This document shows positions 16,821-24,252 of a DNA stretch of 64,000 bases, piece by piece. Within the stretch, counting starts at the first letter, position 1; every line of letters begins with the position of its first letter. The stretch comes from Alphaproteobacteria bacterium (GTDB lineage: Bacteria > Pseudomonadota > Alphaproteobacteria > UBA2136 > UBA6156). The DNA is taken from assembly GCA_027485835.1 (NCBI GenBank), contig JAIXQG010000001.1, forward strand, positions 2,948 to 66,947. Reading direction: 5' to 3'. The position numbers were made by a program, and so were the translations under genes. The notes under the pieces were generated by a model. It saw only the letters and a program-made list of their open reading frames with translations. It had not been told where the DNA came from and did not search any database.

Positions 16821-18926
16821 ATGAAGTTAAAAGCTTACGCCGCACGCTATGAGATGAGCAAGGGGGAGAGCCCCTTGCTCCTGATTGACGAACGTGTGGC
16901 TGAGGACTGGTTTGGGCGCGAGCCTTTTGATGATACACAAGCTCAAGGTGTAAGCGACAACCTTATGATGGCGCCTTATGGCACGACCGATGGCCATAAT
17001 TTGATGCGCGACAGCACCATTATGGATGGCATGCAGTTGGATAAGTATGTGCCGTTGTCTCCGTTGTTTGTCAAAGACCTTGCGGGACGCACTATTTACA
17101 TTGGTTATGGCCCTGAGCGGAAGTCTAACTACGAATGGCAGGCCTATGCTGTGGATGTGGATAAAGTTGGACCTGAAGAAGTAAACCCGTTTATTCCGCT
17201 CGTAGTTTTCCCCCGGTTTTGCCGTGACGCAAGTGGAATGGATGGGGAGGACTTACTGGAGCAGGTATTTTTGACCAAGTTCCGTTGCTTGGAAATGAGT
17301 ATGGGCTTTCATGGACAGCTTAGTGGAGCCGGTGAGGATGACCCGTTGGTTTCGGCGAGTTATGATGGCGCCAACCTTTATCCGTATAAGTTACGTATGG
17401 ATACTTTCTATATTGATGGGTACAAAGTGCCTCAAACCCAAATGGTTTACGCCCGAGGCATGCAAGATGGTGTGAGCCCGGTACAAGCAAAGAAGCTTGG
17501 TTTGAAGTTTTTGCAGCAGTGGAGCGAACGTCCGGCTGGTACGACATATGAACAATGGTTGGAACAATTTGGAGAAGACCATGTTGAGGACTTATTTCAG
17601 TCTGGCTGTTCTGTTATTCCAACCTTTGAGGCCTGTAACGGATATCATCTTGTCGGGCGAGAATTCCAGTTAGAAGACTTCTGGCCGGGCCGCGCTGTTT
17701 TGGGGTTGCATGATGTGGCCGATACTCGTACCGATAAGGCGCCTGCTGGAACCATTTTAGACGTTTTAGAGCCTGGATTTGTAACTGCAGACTACGTAAG
17801 GCCGGCTAAGGTTGTTGTGAGCGATGGAAGTGGTTACGTTAGCCCAAATGCGAGTGACCCTGACCCCTTGGTACCTAATTTGAATTTGCCGCATCCGCGG
17901 CTGATTGATAATTGGCGTGCGGTTTGGTTACCTACTCACCCCCTGCATTTTGAAGCACCTGCGTTGTGGGGATGGGATATTTCCACTGGACGATTTATGC
18001 AGATTGCTGGCCCGGTTTGGGACCCTTTGCATTACTATTATGAGAGTGTGGATCGGGTATTGGCTGCGTTTGATGCTTACCCGTTAGGATCAAACCGGAC
18101 GGGTTTAGTGCCTGTACCGGATGATATGGAAGAGCGATTCTTTCCGATTGTACCAATGACTGGGTTTGATACATTTTCGGAAGCTGAATTTAAGCGCCGA
18201 TTAGAAAAAAACGTACTACCGAAGAGCTGTATTAAGCGGTTCAATACCGGCCAATATTCTGCCGGTTTAGGGTATCACCCGTTGCCGGCTGAATTTGAGT
18301 TTGAGTTGGATCCGTTCTGGTTCCCGGAACTGCATCCGCTTAACCGTGAGCAGGGGGCTGCTCCGGAAGATGTAGACTCTCGTATTAGCCCGGTTATTAA
18401 CCCTCAGATTACCGTTACCGTGTTTAAGCCTACGGTGGATGCTCCTGCACAGGCAACGTGGATGACAGATGATGCCAAGTTAATGACGCCGATGCCTGAT
18501 CCTCTTACAAATTATCCGCAATTGACTCGTTATCTTTTACCGGATGCGGATATTGAGACCATCATGAAGATATGCCCAGTGCCTTACTTGGGGCAACCTG
18601 AAGAGGAAGAGATACTTACGAAACCTGCGACGTTGTGGTGGACTACAGAGGAAGGTCTTCAGCTTGATAACCCTGTTGCATTGGAAGATTTTATTCCTGG
18701 AGTGCATGATGCTTTATGGGATATGCGTCAGAAAGGTGTTGATATCGTTAAATTCCGTCACATGATCTATCGCACCAATCTGCCACTTTACATGTTGGGT
18801 TGGTGGTATGGTTGGGATTTGGACCGGATGCAAGGCTATGCTGTGAATTGGATTCAAACATCGGTTGCAGAAGATCAGCAGATGCAGACTATTTTACGTG
18901 ATTTAACAGTAAATGCTCGCACTTAA
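16821..18926 (+). CDS. hypothetical 701-aa soluble protein, partner of the giant membrane protein
   Basis: Starts 23 nt after the preceding stop on the same strand and has the same low-GC composition. No signal peptide or TM helix. Acidic and rich in Trp and Pro. No motif recognised. Confidence 0.85.
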   Translation: MKLKAYAARYEMSKGESPLLLIDERVAEDWFGREPFDDTQAQGVSDNLMMAPYGTTDGHNLMRDSTIMDGMQLDKYVPLSPLFVKDLAGRTIYIGYGPERKSNYEWQAYAVDVDKVGPEEVNPFIPLVVFPRFCRDASGMDGEDLLEQVFLTKFRCLEMSMGFHGQLSGAGEDDPLVSASYDGANLYPYKLRMDTFYIDGYKVPQTQMVYARGMQDGVSPVQAKKLGLKFLQQWSERPAGTTYEQWLEQFGEDHVEDLFQSGCSVIPTFEACNGYHLVGREFQLEDFWPGRAVLGLHDVADTRTDKAPAGTILDVLEPGFVTADYVRPAKVVVSDGSGYVSPNASDPDPLVPNLNLPHPRLIDNWRAVWLPTHPLHFEAPALWGWDISTGRFMQIAGPVWDPLHYYYESVDRVLAAFDAYPLGSNRTGLVPVPDDMEERFFPIVPMTGFDTFSEAEFKRRLEKNVLPKSCIKRFNTGQYSAGLGYHPLPAEFEFELDPFWFPELHPLNREQGAAPEDVDSRISPVINPQITVTVFKPTVDAPAQATWMTDDAKLMTPMPDPLTNYPQLTRYLLPDADIETIMKICPVPYLGQPEEEEILTKPATLWWTTEEGLQLDNPVALEDFIPGVHDALWDMRQKGVDIVKFRHMIYRTNLPLYMLGWWYGWDLDRMQGYAVNWIQTSVAEDQQMQTILRDLTVNART

Positions 18927-18955
18927 AAAAAAACGGCCGGTGAGGCCGTTTTTTT
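18925..18955. terminator. bidirectional rho-independent terminator
   Basis: A9-CGGCCGGTGAGGCCG-T7, between the convergent 701-aa gene and grxD. Confidence 0.8.
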
Positions 18956-18967
18956 GAGGTGAGATGG

Positions 18968-19300
18968 TTAGGCGGTGAGGGGGGCGAGGAGGTCGGCCAG
19001 TTCGCCGCTGGTGTACATCTCCACCATGATGTCGGCGCCGCCGATGAGGTCGCCGTTCACGTACAATTGCGGGAAGGTTGGCCATTCGCTGAATTCCTTC
19101 AGGCCGGCGCGCAGGTCGTCGCGCTCCAGAATGTTAATGCCGGTAAAGGGTATGCCGAGGTTGTTGAGAACGCCGACAGCGCGGGCGGAGAAGCCGCACA
19201 TAGGTTGCGAAGGCGTGCCCTTCATGTACAGCACAACGGGGCTACCGTTGATTTGGCTTTCGATTTCGGCTTTGAGCTCGGGGGTGAGGATGTCGTCCAT
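18968..19300 (-). CDS. grxD: Grx4-family monothiol glutaredoxin
   Basis: CGFS active site (PMCGFSARAV) and WPTFPQLYVNGDLIGGADI. Confidence 0.95.
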   Translation of the reverse strand: MDDILTPELKAEIESQINGSPVVLYMKGTPSQPMCGFSARAVGVLNNLGIPFTGINILERDDLRAGLKEFSEWPTFPQLYVNGDLIGGADIMVEMYTSGELADLLAPLTA

Positions 19301-19333
19301 GGTGTGCTTCCTTTTCTAAACTGGATTTTAAGC

Positions 19334-19576
19334 TTATTGGGCTTTGGGTAGGCGGGTGGTGAGTTGCAGGGCGTGCAGCTCGTTTTCGAACGCGTTACCG
19401 AGCGCGCTGTAAACCAAGCGGTGCTGCTGGATGCGGGTAAGGCCCGCAAAGCTGGCACTGGTGACGGTGGCGCTGAGGTGGGCGCCGTCAGGGTCGTGGA
19501 CGTACACGTCGGCATCCGGCAGGGTGCTACGGATGAGGTTTTGGATGGCGAGTGCCAGTTCTGTGGGTTCGTTCAT
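19334..19576 (-). CDS. bolA: BolA family protein
   Basis: BolA-like ...HDPDGAHLSATVTSASFAGLTRIQQHRLVYSAL...LHALQL. Adjacent to grxD, as is common. The track ORF extends to 19612. Confidence 0.85.
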   Translation of the reverse strand: MNEPTELALAIQNLIRSTLPDADVYVHDPDGAHLSATVTSASFAGLTRIQQHRLVYSALGNAFENELHALQLTTRLPKAQ

Positions 19577-19811
19577 GGCCCTGACCCTAGGGGTATTACG
19601 ATTTTTTGGCAAGGGCTTGCCATGTGTATGCGAAGTTTGGTAGAATAGACGAAACTAAGGCGTCGTACGTGTTGATGCGTGGAGGAAATCATTTCTTCCT
19701 TCACTAGTTCCAGCCCCGTGGATTGGGGGAGGAACGCACAGCATCTATAACGTTTTCTTAGGTAATTCTTCGTTGATTCCGATTTTACATCACCCACCAG
19801 AGGAGTGTGAC

Positions 19812-20048
19812 ATGCGTGAAGATCGTAATGATACTGCTATTACACCTGCCAAGAACATGGCTCATTCGGCCGCCGGTTGGGGAAACCTGACGGTGTCGCA
19901 GCGCATTGAGCGTGCGGCCGAGGAGGCCCGTGCCAACGGTACCTATGGCAGGCCGACGCCTTCGGCCGCCGATGAAGCTGCTTTCAAGGAGAAGGTGGCT
20001 CAGTCGCTGGGGCTCGGAAAAGGTGGGAAAAAGATACACCGGCACTAA
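19812..20048 (+). CDS. hypothetical protein
   Basis: The ATG at 19812 is preceded by AGAGGAG, and a hairpin follows the stop. No motif recognised. Confidence 0.45.
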   Translation: MREDRNDTAITPAKNMAHSAAGWGNLTVSQRIERAAEEARANGTYGRPTPSAADEAAFKEKVAQSLGLGKGGKKIHRH

Positions 20049-20067
20049 AAGTGCATTCAAAATCGGC

Positions 20068-20100
20068 AATGCGCCGGAGGTTAACCCCTCCGGCGCATTT
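20068..20100 (+). terminator. terminator-like hairpin
   Basis: 13-bp stem AATGCGCCGGAGG/CCTCCGGCGCATT with a short T-run. Confidence 0.5.
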
Positions 20101-20164
20101 GCATTTGGTTGGGATGTGGTAGAGTTATCTTTATATTAGTACTGTAATTAAAGGGGTAGGCACT

Positions 20165-20647
20165 ATGGCCGGTAGCGTAAATAAAGTGATTCTGATTGGT
20201 AACCTGGGCCGTGACCCCGAGGTGCGTGCCAGCCAGAACGGCGGCAAGATTGCCAATATCACCGTGGCCACCAGCGAAAGCTGGAACAACAAGCAGAGCG
20301 GGCAGCGCGAGGAAAAGACCGAATGGCACCGCCTTGTGATGTTTAACACCACTGCCGAAATTGCCGAAAAGTACCTTAAGAAGGGCAGCAAGATTTACGC
20401 CGAAGGCAAGCTGCAAACCCGCAAGTGGACCGATAAGGACAACCAAGAGCGCTTTACCACCGAAGTGGTGGTGGATAACTTCACCATGCTGGACAGCAAG
20501 CGCGACGGCGAAGGTGGCGGTAACAGCTATGGTAGCTTTGACCAGACGCCGAGCAGTTCGTCCTCTTCCGGCAGCTTTAGCAAGCCGATGAGCCAGCCCA
20601 AGAAGATTAGTGAGGATGCTCCGTTCGACGACGAGATTCCGTTCTAG
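20165..20647 (+). CDS. ssb: single-stranded DNA-binding protein
   Basis: N-terminal OB fold [21 protein letters not shown], a Gly/Ser-rich linker and an acidic tail ending DDEIPF. Confidence 0.97.
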   Translation: MAGSVNKVILIGNLGRDPEVRASQNGGKIANITVATSESWNNKQSGQREEKTEWHRLVMFNTTAEIAEKYLKKGSKIYAEGKLQTRKWTDKDNQERFTTEVVVDNFTMLDSKRDGEGGGNSYGSFDQTPSSSSSSGSFSKPMSQPKKISEDAPFDDEIPF

Positions 20648-20666
20648 TTTTGGAATACAATTGTTA

Positions 20667-20693
20667 GAAAGGCCACAGGCCTTTCTTTCGTTT
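20667..20693 (+). terminator. terminator of ssb
   Basis: GAAAGGCC-ACAG-GCCTTTC followed by a T-rich tract. Confidence 0.6.
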
Positions 20694-20739
20694 GGAGCTA
20701 AAGGTTGTGGTTGGTGGCTTGGAGACCTATACTTATTGT

Positions 20740-21246
20740 ATGAAAATGTGGATGTGGTTGGTGGCATTATGTTGCCTAAGTGGGGCGGCTGTTGCGCAAG
20801 AGCGTACGGCGGGTGGGAGTTTGCAGACGGAGTCTAGCTGGACGGCTTTAAAAGCCATGATAGGCAAGACCGATGGCGATGTTTCCCTACTGAAAACAGA
20901 TGTAAACGCCATAAAATCGTGTGCTGCGCAGAAGAAGATGTGGGACCCTGCCAAAGGGTGTGTGAACATTGACACCAGTTTATACGACAGCATGATTGCG
21001 TGTGGAGATGTTGGAAAAGTCTATGATAAGAGTTCTAATTCTTGCGTTTCGGCAGGTGGGAACTGTTCTTTGAAGCTGGTTCATCAATATGTCTCCAAAT
21101 CCGGGGGGCATCCTATTGGAAGAAAGACGGGAAGTTGTCCCGCCGGTTCGTATCGATTGATGACAAGTAGCGCGAGTGTGTATTGCTCTAATGATGCCAG
21201 TTGTACTGAGCAACGATTTGATTGCTTGGCGGTAACATGTCAATAA
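20740..21246 (+). CDS. secreted 10-Cys protein, QERTA family, tandem copy 1
   Basis: Signal peptide MKMWMWLVALCCLSGAAVA followed by QERTAGGSLQTESSWTAL. The mature part has 10 Cys. Paralog of the next gene. Confidence 0.7.
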   Translation: MKMWMWLVALCCLSGAAVAQERTAGGSLQTESSWTALKAMIGKTDGDVSLLKTDVNAIKSCAAQKKMWDPAKGCVNIDTSLYDSMIACGDVGKVYDKSSNSCVSAGGNCSLKLVHQYVSKSGGHPIGRKTGSCPAGSYRLMTSSASVYCSNDASCTEQRFDCLAVTCQ

Positions 21247-21266
21247 AGATAGTGAAAGCTTTGAAA

Positions 21267-21776
21267 ATGAAGGTGTTTTTATGTGTTGTGGCGCTATGCG
21301 CTGTTGCCGTGACTGGAGCTGTTGCGCAGGAGCGAACGGCGGGTGGGAGTTTGCAGACGGAGGCTAGCTGGACGGCGTTGCAAAGCATGATTGGTAAAAC
21401 CAATGGCGATGTATCTATCATTAAAACTGATTTGAATGCGATGAAGGCGTGTGCCGCGGATCGGAAGATTTGGGACCCTGCTAGAGGCTGTGTGAACATT
21501 GATACCACGTTATATGATAATGTGGTTACGTGCGGTGATTCTGGGAGAGTTTATGACAGGAGTGCCGGAGGATGCGTGCCTGCGGTTGCGGTTGCACCCA
21601 CGTGCCGACTCTCCTCGGTGGCGAAATCTTCCAGCAACCGGGGCTCTAATGACGAGACGAGTTGTCCGGCTGGTGCTTATGTGGATATTAAGAGCTCCAG
21701 CACTAGTGACTGCCATGGGAGTTCTTATCAATGTACCCGTACGCAGTACAATTGTGTGACTGTGGTGTGTAACTAG
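21267..21776 (+). CDS. secreted 10-Cys protein, QERTA family, tandem copy 2
   Basis: Signal peptide MKVFLCVVALCAVAVTGAVA followed by QERTAGGSLQTEASWTAL. It has 10 Cys at matching positions, and the C-terminal half has diverged from copy 1. Confidence 0.7.
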   Translation: MKVFLCVVALCAVAVTGAVAQERTAGGSLQTEASWTALQSMIGKTNGDVSIIKTDLNAMKACAADRKIWDPARGCVNIDTTLYDNVVTCGDSGRVYDRSAGGCVPAVAVAPTCRLSSVAKSSSNRGSNDETSCPAGAYVDIKSSSTSDCHGSSYQCTRTQYNCVTVVCN

Positions 21777-21793
21777 TTTTTTTACACAGCTTG

Positions 21794-23968
21794 TTAACCG
21801 CCGCGGAGCCAGTCTGCGGCGGTTTCTTTATGGAAGGTTGTGAGAAGGAGTGCCAAGGCGTTGCGTTGAGCGGCGTTGAGCGGGCGGGTGAGGGCGGCCG
21901 AACCCAACTGGTGCGCCACCGGCATGAGGTGTTTGTGGTGGTGGAGGTCGGCGAGGCGGGTTTTCATTTCGCCTGATTGGCGCGCGCCCAAAACTTCGCC
22001 CGGGCCGCGGAGTTCGAGGTCTTTTTCCGCCAAGTAAAAGCCGTCTTCGCTGTCGCGCAATGCTTGCAGGCGCTCTTGCGCAAACGGTGACAACGGTGCG
22101 GTGTAGATGAGGATGCAGTGCGACGCCAGGGCCCCCCGGCCGACGCGGCCGCGCAGCTGGTGGAGTTGCGAGAGGCCGAAGCGCTCAGCGTGCTCGATCA
22201 CCATGACTGTGGCGTTAGGGACGTCGACGCCGACTTCGATGACGGTGGTTGACACTAGTACGCTGTACTCATGCCGCTTGAAGGCTTGCATGATGTCGTC
22301 TTTATCCTTCGGCTTCATCTTGCCGTGGAGGAGGGCGACTTTGTCTCCGTAGACCTGTTTGAGCCAATTGTAGCGCGAGGTGGCGTCGGAGAGGTCGGAT
22401 TCTTCCGATTCTTCTACCAGCGGGCAGACCCAGTAGGCCTGCTCGCCTTTGGCAATCACGCCTTGCAGGCGCTGGGCGATTTGGGCGAGTTTGTCGTCGG
22501 CCATCACCAATGTGGTGATAGGCGTGCGGCCCGGGGGCTTTTGGGCGAGGATGGAGGTGTCCATATCGCCAAAGGCGGTCAGGGCTAATGTGCGCGGAAT
22601 GGGGGTGGCGGTCATGATGAGCATATCCGGCGCCAGAGGCTGGTTGGCCGAGAGGGCGACGCGTTGCTTAACGCCGAAGCGGTGCTGTTCATCGATGACG
22701 GCAAGGCCGAGTTTGTCGAAGACGACGGAGTCTTCCGTTAACGCATGGGTGCCGACGGTGAGTTGGACGAAGCCTTGGCGGATGTGGTCCTTCAGTCGCT
22801 TTTTTTGTGCCGCCGACATGCTACCCGTGAGCAGGCCTACGGTGATGCCGAGCGGTTGCAGGTATTTGACGGCGTTGGCGTAGAGCTGTTGGGCGAGGAT
22901 TTCTGTCGGCGCCATAAGGACGCCTTGGTGGCCGTTTTCGATGACTTTGAGAAGTGACAGAAGTGCGACCATGGTTTTGCCGGAGCCAACATCGCCTTGC
23001 AGCAGGCGCAGCATGGGGCGTGGGGCGGAGAGGTCGGCGCGGATTTCGGTCAGGGCGTTTTGCTGGTCTTGAGTGAGCGGGAAGGGGAGGCTGGCGAGGA
23101 AGCGGTCTGTCAGCAGGTGACTTTTGCCGTGCGCGATGCCGCGCTGGCCGCGGTTGGCCACACGGGCGTGCTGGAGGGCGAGTTGGGTGGCGTAGAGTTC
23201 ATCTAAAGCCAAGCGTGTGCGGGCGGGTGCGTTGGGTTGCAGGTCGGCTTCGGTTTGCGGGTTGTGCGCGGCTTTCAGTGCTTCGGTAAACGTCGGCAAG
23301 TTGTGCTGTTCGCGGAGCGAGGCGGGGAGCCATTCCGGTAAGGGGCAGTCTTCGGCGACGTCTAAGGCGGTCAGGATGGCGCGGGACAGCCAGCCTTGAC
23401 CCAAGCCTGCGGTGAGGGGGTAAAGTGGCCAGATGCGCGCGACGTGATTGATTTTGGTGTTAGCGTTGTCTTCGGACTTCGGGAGGCTCCAGACATCCGG
23501 ATGGATGAGTTTGCGGCCTTTGTTATCTGTTTCTATCTTACCCGAGAGAATCACGGTTTCTCCCACCGGATAGGCGCGTTCCAGCCAGTATCCTGGGTTG
23601 AAGTACATGACGCGGAGCGGGGCGGAGCCGTCGGTGACATCGATGGTCATCGGCCGCTTAATATGGCGGGGTGGGAGCGGTTGGCGGCGCAGCACTTGGA
23701 CGATGAGGGTGACGGTTTCTCCGACCGGTGCGGCTGCGATGGTGGGGGTGGCGGATCTATCCAGCATTTTGGTGGGGAGGTGGAAGAGCAGGTCTATCCA
23801 GCGCGGGCCGCAGAGGGTTTGCAGTTTGGTGTATTGCGCGGGGGTGAGGCCGTTGAGTTTGGGGTAGTCCTCGAGGAGGGATGACGGGCGAACGGCGGCA
23901 ACCGCCTTTGTGGCAGGCTTGGGTGCCTTGAGTTTATTGGTGGTTTGTGATTGAGTGCCGCCGGACAT
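21794..23968 (-). CDS. recG: ATP-dependent DNA helicase RecG
   Basis: Wedge domain plus SF2 helicase motifs GDVGSGKTMVA, DEQHRFGV and QLRGRVGRG. Confidence 0.97.
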   Translation of the reverse strand: MSGGTQSQTTNKLKAPKPATKAVAAVRPSSLLEDYPKLNGLTPAQYTKLQTLCGPRWIDLLFHLPTKMLDRSATPTIAAAPVGETVTLIVQVLRRQPLPPRHIKRPMTIDVTDGSAPLRVMYFNPGYWLERAYPVGETVILSGKIETDNKGRKLIHPDVWSLPKSEDNANTKINHVARIWPLYPLTAGLGQGWLSRAILTALDVAEDCPLPEWLPASLREQHNLPTFTEALKAAHNPQTEADLQPNAPARTRLALDELYATQLALQHARVANRGQRGIAHGKSHLLTDRFLASLPFPLTQDQQNALTEIRADLSAPRPMLRLLQGDVGSGKTMVALLSLLKVIENGHQGVLMAPTEILAQQLYANAVKYLQPLGITVGLLTGSMSAAQKKRLKDHIRQGFVQLTVGTHALTEDSVVFDKLGLAVIDEQHRFGVKQRVALSANQPLAPDMLIMTATPIPRTLALTAFGDMDTSILAQKPPGRTPITTLVMADDKLAQIAQRLQGVIAKGEQAYWVCPLVEESEESDLSDATSRYNWLKQVYGDKVALLHGKMKPKDKDDIMQAFKRHEYSVLVSTTVIEVGVDVPNATVMVIEHAERFGLSQLHQLRGRVGRGALASHCILIYTAPLSPFAQERLQALRDSEDGFYLAEKDLELRGPGEVLGARQSGEMKTRLADLHHHKHLMPVAHQLGSAALTRPLNAAQRNALALLLTTFHKETAADWLRGG

Positions 23969-23985
23969 AAAAAAGGTTATAGCAT

Positions 23986-24252
23986 ATGGATCGTGAATTG
24001 CTGCTCAAGGAAGTGAAATATCGCGCCAGTTACAGAGGCACTTTAGAGCTGGACAATGTGTGCCGCAGTTTGTTGCCACATTTGGAGAGCTTGGACGATG
24101 CCGAACTTGCGGCGATTGCCGAGTTGCTTCAGCAGGGGGAGAACCATTTGATGACATGGCTGGTGGAAGGTGGTGAGGTGCCCGAGCAATGGCAATTGCA
24201 GGTTGGTTTGGTGAGGCACTTCTTTAAAAACCGCGATAAGGCTGTTGCCTAG
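23986..24252 (+). CDS. sdhE: succinate dehydrogenase assembly factor 2 (SdhE/DUF339)
   Basis: 88 aa with the RGxxE motif (YRGTLELD). It sits in the recG-sdhE-mfd arrangement typical of alphaproteobacteria. Confidence 0.85.
   Translation: MDRELLLKEVKYRASYRGTLELDNVCRSLLPHLESLDDAELAAIAELLQQGENHLMTWLVEGGEVPEQWQLQVGLVRHFFKNRDKAVA

Noticed and set aside
10920-18960. Classical tRNA-integrated genomic island or ICE interpretation of the low-GC module
   Set aside because: There is no integrase, excisionase or transfer gene. I found no direct repeat of the tRNA 3' end at the far boundary, and the island abuts the 5' end of the tRNA rather than the usual 3' end. I kept it only as a compositionally foreign module.
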